Shown in pieces: positions 8,435 to 15,368 of a DNA stretch of 64,000 bases. Position 1 is the stretch's first letter, and each line of letters starts with the position of its first letter. The stretch is from Anaerolineales bacterium (GTDB taxonomy: Bacteria; Chloroflexota; Anaerolineae; Anaerolineales; DRMV01). The stretch spans positions 89,205 through 153,204 of the forward strand of contig JALVVL010000007.1 in assembly GCA_027023425.1 (NCBI GenBank). Direction: 5' to 3'. The translations under genes were made by a program, and so were the position numbers. The notes under the pieces are model-generated. The model was given only the letters and a program-made list of their open reading frames with translations, searched no databases and was not told where the DNA came from.

Positions 8435-8964
8435 GGTTTGGGCGGCTTGTTTTGGTGCTTGTATTTGCCTTGGCGGTGGTTTTGAGCGCTTGCGGGCAAA
8501 ACCACGGCTCGGGGGATGTGTTTGTGCCGCCTACGGCAAGCGCCCATTTGCCTCAGCGCTCCCATTCCACTGCTACGCCCGCCTCGCCCCGCCGGAAGCC
8601 CATCCACAGGCCGACCGTTTCGTGCGTGAACAACCTCACCTTCGTCGCCGATTTGACTTACCCCGACGGTAGCAAGGTGCCCGCCGGTAGGGTGATTGAC
8701 AAGCAATGGAAGGTCAAAAACAGCGGCACTTGCAATTGGGATGGCCGCTATCGCCTGCGCCGCATTGGCGGCAATTTATCGGCCGTCAACGGCGATGAGC
8801 AGGCGCTTTACCCTGCTCGCTCCGGCACGGAGGCGGTGATTCGCATACGCTTCATCGCGCCCAAAAAGCCCGGCCCCTACTTGAGCACATGGCAGGCGTT
8901 TGACCCTTCCGGCAGGCCTTTCGGCGACCCGATTTACATTCAGATTTGGGTGGAGAAGAAGTAG
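8431..8964 (+). CDS. Lipoprotein with NBR1-like Ig-fold domain
   Basis: Signal plus lipobox (VVLSAC). C-terminal FVADLTYPDGSKVPAG..KQWKVKNSGTCNWD......PGPYLSTWQAFDPSGRPFGDPIYIQIWV fits the 'Ig-like domain from next to BRCA1' pattern. ATGA overlap with the upstream gene. Paralogous domain in 59959-61197. Confidence 0.65.
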   Translation: MRFGRLVLVLVFALAVVLSACGQNHGSGDVFVPPTASAHLPQRSHSTATPASPRRKPIHRPTVSCVNNLTFVADLTYPDGSKVPAGRVIDKQWKVKNSGTCNWDGRYRLRRIGGNLSAVNGDEQALYPARSGTEAVIRIRFIAPKKPGPYLSTWQAFDPSGRPFGDPIYIQIWVEKK

Positions 8965-8994
8965 CGGCCGCACTGCCTTGGCTTTGGGAGCGGC

Positions 8995-9591
8995 TCAGTC
9001 GTTTTCCCAGTATTCCGGCTCTTGGAACGCTTGCACTTGGTAGGTGAACACCTCGGGCATCCGTTGCCAGCAGGTCGGCTCGGAGCCCATTTTCAGGCAC
9101 AGGTGGGAAAGGAAATCCACGGGGTTTGGAAGTGAATGCCAAACTTGGGGCAAAAACGTGGCCTGCCGCCAGCCATCCCGCAAGAGCACGCCGTCCACGC
9201 CCGGGCGGAGGCGCTCAAGCAGTTCTTGGGGGGAGGAATAGGCCAGTGGCTTTAGGGGGGTGAGGTATGAAACTTCCAGAGCGATGTTGGGCAATTCAGG
9301 CGGGGTGACGGGAGGAAAGCGCGGGTCGTGCAGTGCGGCGTCTACGGCGTGTGCTTGGACGTCTTCTATCAGCGGGCGCGTGGCGATAATGCTTCCAATG
9401 CAACCCCGCAGCCGGCCGGTGTCTTTAGTGCGCAGGGTCACGAAGGCTGCCCCCGGCTCCCACAGCCGTTTTGGGAAACCCCGCCCGCGCAGGGAAGGCA
9501 AAGGCAGGCCGCGCACCCCTGCTTCCAACGCTTCGCGAGCCACACTCAGCAAGATTTTCCCTTCCTCTTCGGTGAGCAGATTTTCGTTCAT
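8995..9591 (-). CDS. AMMECR1-domain protein (AmmeMemoRadiSam system protein A family)
   Basis: Core GAAFVTL......LRGCIGSI and downstream HDPRFPP..ELP...EVS.L match the AMMECR1 family. No Memo-like or radical-SAM partner is adjacent. Confidence 0.8.
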   Translation of the reverse strand: MNENLLTEEEGKILLSVAREALEAGVRGLPLPSLRGRGFPKRLWEPGAAFVTLRTKDTGRLRGCIGSIIATRPLIEDVQAHAVDAALHDPRFPPVTPPELPNIALEVSYLTPLKPLAYSSPQELLERLRPGVDGVLLRDGWRQATFLPQVWHSLPNPVDFLSHLCLKMGSEPTCWQRMPEVFTYQVQAFQEPEYWEND

Positions 9592-9709
9592 CGCTTACCT
9601 CCATGGGTTGGGCATCGCCGTGTTTGGGCGGAAATTGGGGCATGTCTGAAAAGAGGTGTCGCTGCGAGGCGGCATAGCCGCTGAATCAGTCTCCTGTCAA
9701 TTGACAGGA

Positions 9710-10129
9710 CTTCCGCAGTTGCTCGTAGAAGCGCTTGCTTTCATGTCGTGGCGAGCCGCCGTAGGCGGCGAAGCCATCTCCTAGACGGTGTTCAGGGGCG
9801 GACACCAGCCCCTGAAAACACCATTTTTTGGAGTGCAGTGCCTCGGCACCGCTTTGGAAAGCGGTGACTTGTCGCCGCATTCCAATAAGAACATCCTCCG
9901 AGAAAGCAAGTATTAGCGATAAGATTGGAAAATTCGGGCGGCCGCCTCACTTTGCCAAATTACTTTATCGGCGCTAAAAGTGCAACGTTTCGCTTGTTCC
10001 GCCTTTGGAGGTGGTAGGACAGGGGTTTGATAAACCCCTGTCCGCCCCTGAACCCAGACGGTGGGGGAGACCGCTTCGGCGGTCTACGACCGCCTCGCGG
10101 TGACATGAAGGAAGGGCTGCGTAACTCCT
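9710..10129. mobile_element. Family C palindromic element (TTACGCAGTTG-type ends), copy interrupted by a family D insertion
   Basis: Left part 9710-9790 and right part 10054-10129 are colinear with the uninterrupted copies at 19501-19630, 39421-39570 and 61339-61488. The sequence AGACGGTG is present on both sides of the insert. Confidence 0.8.
9791..10053. mobile_element. Family D MITE-like element (263 bp) with terminal inverted repeats and 8-bp target-site duplication
   Basis: Ends are TTCAGGGGCGGACA... and ...TGTCCGCCCCTGAAC, a 14-15 nt terminal inverted repeat. Flanked by direct AGACGGTG (9783-9790 and 10056-10063), where the uninterrupted family C copy has a single CAGACAGTG (19571-19579). 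No ORF of its own, so non-autonomous. Confidence 0.75.
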
Positions 10130-10177
10130 ATCTTGTTTGAGAAAGTATTAACCACTTTATGGTGAACTCAATAAAAC

Positions 10178-10681
10178 TCAGCGTATCCACCAAAGCCCGA
10201 GCACGGCGCAAGCGGTTAGTGCCACCAGCACGACCATTATGGCGACTACGAGCAGAAACTTGCCGGTGCTTTGCTCTTGAATCACTGGTGGCTGGGTGGA
10301 AATCGGGCTTGGCGCTGCGGCCGGTTCTGCTTCAATTGCTTTTGAGGCCGTTTGGGGCAAAGCCTGTTCTGCCGAGGGTGAAGAAAGCGGAGGGGTTGGG
10401 AGGGAGTCCAGCAGGCCGGCGAGGTCGTTTTTCAACTTTTCGTACTTTGCCCGTACTTCGGGCGGCATTTCGTCCACGCTGGAGTATTCTTGTCCATCAA
10501 CCACTATGCTTCCATCTGGCTTTTCTTCAACGCTGGTGCTTTGCACGGTTTCCTTTATATCAACCTTTTTGCCCGATTCGGTGAGGTTTTTCAGCATGTT
10601 TATTGCTTTTTCGTAGGCCTCGCGCTCGTCGGGTGGCATTTCTTCAACGCTGGAGTACTTTTTGCCGTTGAACTCTATCAT
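10178..10681 (-). CDS. Hypothetical tail-anchored protein with duplicated Y-SSV(E/D)EMPP-x-R-x-YEK motif
   Basis: Two internal repeats: FNGKKYSSVEEMPPDEREAYEKAINMLKN and VDGQEYSSVDEMPPEVRAKYEKLKNDL. Pro/Ser-rich linker and a single C-terminal TM helix (FLLVVAIMVVLVALTACAVLGLWW). No family recognised. Confidence 0.6.
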   Translation of the reverse strand: MIEFNGKKYSSVEEMPPDEREAYEKAINMLKNLTESGKKVDIKETVQSTSVEEKPDGSIVVDGQEYSSVDEMPPEVRAKYEKLKNDLAGLLDSLPTPPLSSPSAEQALPQTASKAIEAEPAAAPSPISTQPPVIQEQSTGKFLLVVAIMVVLVALTACAVLGLWWIR

Positions 10682-10693
10682 TTTGGCCTCCTT

Positions 10694-11707
10694 TTATTCT
10701 CCGAACTGGGCAAGCCACTTTAGACCCGCGTAAGCACCCACTATGAGCGCAAAGGCGGCGAAAAAGCCGAGCAGGATGATGCCGCCTTTTGGCTTGTCGT
10801 CAGCCGAGGCCGTCACGGCGGTTGGGGTTGAAGTCGCAGTTGGGTGTGACAGCGCTTGCGCTTTGGTTGCGGAAGGAGACGGCGTTGGCGTCGCAGTGTG
10901 GGTGGGAGTTGGCGTTGAAGTCGGCTTGGGGGTGGCCGTGGGCGTGAAAGTGGGCGTTGCCTGCGGTGGGCGCACGATTATTTTTTCGCCCACGTAGAGT
11001 GTGCTTTTGAGTGTGAGGTGGTTGTATTTCAACAAGTCTTTCAAAGGCACGCCGTACACTTTTGAAATGCCGTACAAAGTGTGGCCGTAGCGCACTATGT
11101 GAATTATAGCGCCGTCTGGCCGGGGGGTGGAGCGTATGTAAGGCGCGACGGGCAGCACAACCGTTGCTGTGGGGTACGGTTTGCCGCTTGGGGATGTTGG
11201 GTTGCTTGGCTCGCCGATGTAGTAACCGGCGTCCAAGGTGTAGTAGGTTGCGCCGTCGCTTGCTTTGGCACATCCTGCGCCGACATCGCGGTAGTTTGGC
11301 CCCAGCATGGTGTTCAGGTGGGGCTGGTCTTCAGTCCACATTTGGATGACCGCGGCGGGTGAAAGTGTGTAGCCCCAAGCGATGTTTTCGGAAACGAAAA
11401 CGGTGGCGCCGCCGCCATAACCGGCAGCGCGGGCGCGGTCACGCGGATGCGTTCCCCCTGGGCCAATGTGCGTCATGGTGTGGGTATCGGCTTGGTAGTC
11501 GCTATGCGCCTGCGCCACGGCCATCAGGATGGGATTAACCCGATAGGGCGGCAAACCGTGCTGCGCCCTCATTTGGTTCACCAGCCGGATTAATTCCATA
11601 GCGCAACTGTTGGCTTCAACGGGTTGAGGGGGTTTTAGGGCGAACAAAAGCAACAAAATTGCCAAAATGGTCGCCAAAGCGGCCAAAGTTGCCAAAAAGC
11701 GTTTCAT
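10694..11707 (-). CDS. Secreted/anchored CAP (SCP/PR1-like) + LysM domain protein
   Basis: N-terminal signal/TM segment, then a CAP-like region (LVNQMRAQHGLPPY..NP.L..AAQAHS.Y). LysM motif YIVRYGHTLYGISKVYGVPLKDLLKYNHL......VGEKIIV. Thr/Pro-rich linker and a C-terminal TM helix. Confidence 0.7.
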   Translation of the reverse strand: MKRFLATLAALATILAILLLLFALKPPQPVEANSCAMELIRLVNQMRAQHGLPPYRVNPILMAVAQAHSDYQADTHTMTHIGPGGTHPRDRARAAGYGGGATVFVSENIAWGYTLSPAAVIQMWTEDQPHLNTMLGPNYRDVGAGCAKASDGATYYTLDAGYYIGEPSNPTSPSGKPYPTATVVLPVAPYIRSTPRPDGAIIHIVRYGHTLYGISKVYGVPLKDLLKYNHLTLKSTLYVGEKIIVRPPQATPTFTPTATPKPTSTPTPTHTATPTPSPSATKAQALSHPTATSTPTAVTASADDKPKGGIILLGFFAAFALIVGAYAGLKWLAQFGE

Positions 11708-11725
11708 AACGCTTCTCCTCTAACT

Positions 11726-12031
11726 TTTCAGGGCGGACACCTGCCCTTGAAAACGCTACTTTTTACCAACTCACATTACGCAGCGGTGATTGACAGGTAA
11801 CAATTTCACCCTATGAAACCGTCGTACTTTCGGTTTCTTCGCCCTCACCACTCCCCCAGAGCCTTGCTTCGCGGCGGCTCAGCAGCGGGGGTAGGGTGAG
11901 GGCGCTTAGATATGTTGATGCTCAATTGCGTAACATGAGTTACCAAATTGCCTCGTCGGTGAACATTTCTCTTGTTTTGCCTTTGGAGGAGGCGGGGCAT
12001 GGGTTTGACAGGCCCCTGCCTGACCCTGAAC
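11726..12031. mobile_element. Family D MITE-like element, copy 2, carrying a nested family B element
   Basis: The ends TTTCAGGGCGGACACCTGCCCTTGAAAACGC and ...CTTTGGAGGAGGCGGGGCATGGGTTTGACAGGCCCCTGCCTGACCCTGAAC are colinear with the ends of 9791-10053. The interior 11776-11934 is a family B element. Only a weak possible target duplication (TCTAAc/TCTAAg). Confidence 0.65.
11776..11934. repeat. Family B element, extended copy (core 11840-11904, central hairpin deleted) with TTACGCA-type ends
   Basis: The core CGCCCTCACCACTCCCCC...GGGGGTAGGGTGAGGGCG encloses GAGCC..GGCTC. The flank 11905-11934 is about 90% identical to the reverse complement of 22009-22040. Ends are TTACGCAG (11776) and TTGCGTAA (11926-11933). 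Confidence 0.7.
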
Positions 12032-12032
12032 T

Positions 12033-12827
12033 CTAAGCACGCAGGGGCAAAGTGTATCCGCCGTCAATCACGATGACCTGCCCCCTAATCATAAAAGCCT
12101 CGGGCGAGCAGAGGAAGCCTACCAACGCGGCCACATCTTCAGGGCTTACCAAGCGTCCGGCCGGTGTTGCCGCGGCTATCCGCGAGATCAACCCCTCATC
12201 CTTCAGCCGGCTGAAATGCCGGAGCGCGTCGGTGAGCACCACTCCGGGCGCAACTCCGTTCACCACGATGCCGAATTCTGCGAGTTCAACGGCGAGGTAG
12301 CGCACCAAGGCTTCAAGGGAGGCTTTGCTCGCGCCCACAACCACGTATTCTGGCAAAACCCAGCGCGCGCCAAGGCTGGAAACGGCAACAATGGCGCCGC
12401 CACGGCCTTTCATCATTTGCGCCGCGCGCTGAGCGCCGAATAGGAAGGCGCGCGCGTTGATGTTCATTGTCCAATCCCAGCCGCGCGGCTTCTGCTCCAT
12501 TACCGGTCGGTTGTAGCCCGAAGCGGCGTTGTGGATGAAAAAATCAAGGCGCCCAAATTCGGCCTCGGCTTCGGCAAACAGCCCGTCCATCTCGGTAGTG
12601 TTGCCGATGTTGGCCTTGACCACGAGCGCTCGCCGCCCCAATTTGCGCACCATCTCGGCCGTTTCTTCCGCTGGTGAGCGGTTGCGGAAGAAATTTATGA
12701 CCACATCGGCGCCGCGCTCGGCAAAATGCAGGGCAATCGCCCGGCCAATCCCCCGCCCCGAGCCCGTTATCAGCGCAACTTTATCGGCAAAGGCATCCGT
12801 GTTGCTCAATCTCTTTCCTTTTGCCAA
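12033..12827 (-). CDS. fabL: SDR-family enoyl-[acyl-carrier-protein] reductase, FabL-like
   Basis: Long colinear similarity to B. subtilis FabL as I recall it: TGS.RG.G.A.A....G..VVIN, VVKANIG, FGRLD.F..NAASG..RPVME, WDWTMNINA.A.LF.AQ, ..SSLG, S(K)A.LEAL.RYLAVEL, TPAGR.V..ED....V.FL.S..A.MIRGQ.I.VDGG. Confidence 0.65.
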   Translation of the reverse strand: MAKGKRLSNTDAFADKVALITGSGRGIGRAIALHFAERGADVVINFFRNRSPAEETAEMVRKLGRRALVVKANIGNTTEMDGLFAEAEAEFGRLDFFIHNAASGYNRPVMEQKPRGWDWTMNINARAFLFGAQRAAQMMKGRGGAIVAVSSLGARWVLPEYVVVGASKASLEALVRYLAVELAEFGIVVNGVAPGVVLTDALRHFSRLKDEGLISRIAAATPAGRLVSPEDVAALVGFLCSPEAFMIRGQVIVIDGGYTLPLRA

Positions 12828-13768
12828 GGGAGACGGGTTAGCCTTCCCGTCAGCCCGCCGCCTTCGGTAGGTTGCTCCACAACTACTGCTATCCCGTCCA
12901 GAGCGTAGCGGCGTTGGACTACGGCCAAAGCATGCGGCGGTTCGCCCAAGACCCGCGCGGCTGAGGTTATGCGCCCAATGTGCCGTTCGCCGAGCCGGAC
13001 TGAGGCGGGCGGTTCTATGGGGCTTTCAAGTGCCACTCCCACAAGAGCGCCCCCGCGGTCTTTGTGGCGGCTTTCGTTGACCAAAATTGCTTTCCCCGCA
13101 AAGTTGGGCTTGTCAAAAGTTACCATTTCTTCCAAGCCCACCTCAAAGGGGGAAAACTCGGGGGTCAGTTCCGTGCCGGGGCCCGGTATGCCGCGGCGGA
13201 TGCGCTCGGCTTCAAACGAAACATCGTCCAGCCATTGGGCTTGCATCATCACCATCACGGTGACGCCGCGCGGCTGCAGGAGCAACAGGCCGCCGCCCAG
13301 CACAGATGGCAAAGCCACGGCCGCCGAGCGGTTTTGGAAACGTTGCACATACCCTGCCCGAGGCGGCATTTCTAAGCCCCCGGGCGGCGCCTCCTCTCCC
13401 GGAAGCAAAACGGCCACATCCCAGCCATTGGTTTCATCGGCAAGGGAGACGTCGTATTTTGGGGGCGCTTGCCGCAAATTCGCAAGCGGTTCTCCTTTGG
13501 CGGGAGGGAAGGCTTTGTTGTGCAGGTGCTTTAGCGTGGCCTCGGCGTAGCCGTTTTGGGTGATGAGGATAAGCGAATCTTGGTCTTCTATCACGGTGAG
13601 CAAGTCTAAAATTCTGCCCGCCGCGTTTGTGAGGACGGTGAAAACGGCTTGCTCAGCGGAAACTTGGCTGAGGTCGTTTGTGGTCAGTTCCTGCAAGAAT
13701 TTGTATCGGTCGGCTCCGGCAAGGCGAAAGACCCCAACTGCGCCGTAACGATAGTAGAACCAAGGCAT
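12806..13768 (-). CDS. Folate-binding GcvT/YgfZ-family protein
   Basis: The N-terminal G..R..G.DR..FLQ...TND pattern and overall size fit the YgfZ/aminomethyltransferase-like fold. It lies next to the folate-dependent trmFO. 22-nt overlap with fabL. Confidence 0.6.
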   Translation of the reverse strand: MPWFYYRYGAVGVFRLAGADRYKFLQELTTNDLSQVSAEQAVFTVLTNAAGRILDLLTVIEDQDSLILITQNGYAEATLKHLHNKAFPPAKGEPLANLRQAPPKYDVSLADETNGWDVAVLLPGEEAPPGGLEMPPRAGYVQRFQNRSAAVALPSVLGGGLLLLQPRGVTVMVMMQAQWLDDVSFEAERIRRGIPGPGTELTPEFSPFEVGLEEMVTFDKPNFAGKAILVNESRHKDRGGALVGVALESPIEPPASVRLGERHIGRITSAARVLGEPPHALAVVQRRYALDGIAVVVEQPTEGGGLTGRLTRLPWQKERD

Positions 13769-13798
13769 TTTTGCCTCCGGGTGGGTGGCAGGAGTGGG

Positions 13799-15160
13799 TT
13801 ATGGCTCGGGAATCGTTTGCAAAAATTCGTCAAGCGCTGTGCGCGCCCTCTGCGCGTAGGCCGCGTAGCGTTCGCGCTTGTTGCGGATGCGGCGCGGCAG
13901 CGGCGGCAGTATGCCGTAGTTGGCTTTCATGGGCTGGAAATCGGCTTCGGATGCGTGGGTGATGTAGTGGCATAGAGCGCCGAGCATGGTTTCGCGCGGC
14001 AAAACGAGTGGTTGCTTGCCCTGCAAGAAACGGGCGGCGTTCCAGCCCGCGAGCAATCCGGTTGCGATATTGCCCACATACCCTTCCACGCCGGTTATCT
14101 GACCGGCAAAGAAGAGGTCGGGACGGGTGCGGAATTGGAGTGTTGGAAGGAGAAGTGCGGGGGAAAAGATGAAAGTGTTGCGGTGCATTTGCCCAAAGCG
14201 GGCAAATTCGGCGTTTTCAAGGCCGGGGATGAGCCGAAAAACCCGTTTTTGCTCGCCGAATTTGAGGTTGGTTTGGAAGCCAACCATGTTGTACAGGGTG
14301 CCTGCGAGGTTATCTTGCCGCAATTGTACTACAGCGTAGGGGCGTTTGCCGGTGCGGGGGTCGGTAAGCCCCACCGGCCGGAGGGGGCCGAAGGCCAAGG
14401 CGTCGCGGCCGCGACGCGCCAGCACTTCTATGGGAAGGCACCCTTCAAAGAATTTGCCTTTGCCCGCGCGCACGCCGTGCTCCCCTTCCAAAATTGGCTT
14501 TTCAAAGTCGTGGAGTTCAATCCGCTCAGCGTTCACCAGCGCTTCCACAAACCGTTCGTATTCTTCGCGGTTCATTGGGCAGTTGATGTAGTCGCCCTCT
14601 TCGCCGCCGCGGCCGTAGCGCGAGGCGCGGAAGCACACTTCCATGTTGATGGAATCTGCCACCACGATGGGGGCGATTGCGTCGTAGAAGTAAAGGTGTT
14701 CAAAGCCGGTGAGTTTTTCAAGGGCGCGCGACAACCGCGGCGAAGTGAGAGGGCCGGTTGCAATTATTGCCGGTTTTTCGGGGATCGCGGTAACTTCCTC
14801 GCGGCGGATTTCAATGTTGGGGTGGTTTTGCAGGGCGTTGGTGACGCGCTCCGCGAATTGCTCCCTATCCACAGCCAATGCGCCGCCTGCGGGCACTGCT
14901 ACCTCCTCGGCAATGCGCAGGAGCAGCGAGCCCATGCGCCGTAGTTCGTGTTTCAGCACGCCTGCGGCTCTGTCGGGTAGGTTTGAGCCAAGTGAGTTTG
15001 AGCACACCAATTCAGCGAGGCGGTCGGTTGTGTGCGCACCTGTAGAAACGCGCGGCCGCATTTCATACAGCACAACCTTCACGCCGCGCTCGGCCGCTTG
15101 CCACGCGGCTTCACTTCCGGCAAGCCCTCCTCCAACCACTACCAACTCGGGTTTGCTCAT
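13799..15160 (-). CDS. trmFO: Methylenetetrahydrofolate--tRNA-(uracil54-C5)-methyltransferase TrmFO (Gid)
   Basis: FAD-binding [18 protein letters not shown]. Full-length colinearity with the TrmFO family (..LVCSNSL.., ..[12 protein letters not shown]..). Confidence 0.9.
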   Translation of the reverse strand: MSKPELVVVGGGLAGSEAAWQAAERGVKVVLYEMRPRVSTGAHTTDRLAELVCSNSLGSNLPDRAAGVLKHELRRMGSLLLRIAEEVAVPAGGALAVDREQFAERVTNALQNHPNIEIRREEVTAIPEKPAIIATGPLTSPRLSRALEKLTGFEHLYFYDAIAPIVVADSINMEVCFRASRYGRGGEEGDYINCPMNREEYERFVEALVNAERIELHDFEKPILEGEHGVRAGKGKFFEGCLPIEVLARRGRDALAFGPLRPVGLTDPRTGKRPYAVVQLRQDNLAGTLYNMVGFQTNLKFGEQKRVFRLIPGLENAEFARFGQMHRNTFIFSPALLLPTLQFRTRPDLFFAGQITGVEGYVGNIATGLLAGWNAARFLQGKQPLVLPRETMLGALCHYITHASEADFQPMKANYGILPPLPRRIRNKRERYAAYAQRARTALDEFLQTIPEP

Positions 15161-15259
15161 GCTCTTCTCTCCTGCAGAAGGTGGGGCAATTGTAACACCT
15201 CGCGCCGAAGGTGGTTTGGGGCGAGTTTCTTGGGGAGGCTGAAGGCGCTCTGGTCAAAA

Positions 15260-15288
15260 TCGGCAACCTAAGCCGAAAATGGTATACT
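15260..15288 (+). promoter_or_regulatory. Putative sigma-70-type promoter with extended -10
   Basis: TCGGCA (15260-15265), 17-nt spacer (the extended -10 TG at 15280-15281 lies inside it), TATACT (15283-15288). About 80 nt upstream of the SBP start. Sequence-pattern inference only. Confidence 0.3.
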
Positions 15289-15368
15289 TGCCCACCGAAC
15301 ACCTTGTTAGGCCGACAAAATGGCCTTCAAACGGAATTTTGCATCTAACCCAACAGAGGAGAAAGCCC

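Noticed and set aside
8995-9591. A complete AmmeMemoRadiSam three-gene system.
   Set aside because: Only the AMMECR1 (protein A) gene is present. The neighbours are a lipoprotein gene and repeat elements, and no Memo-like or radical-SAM gene occurs within the window.
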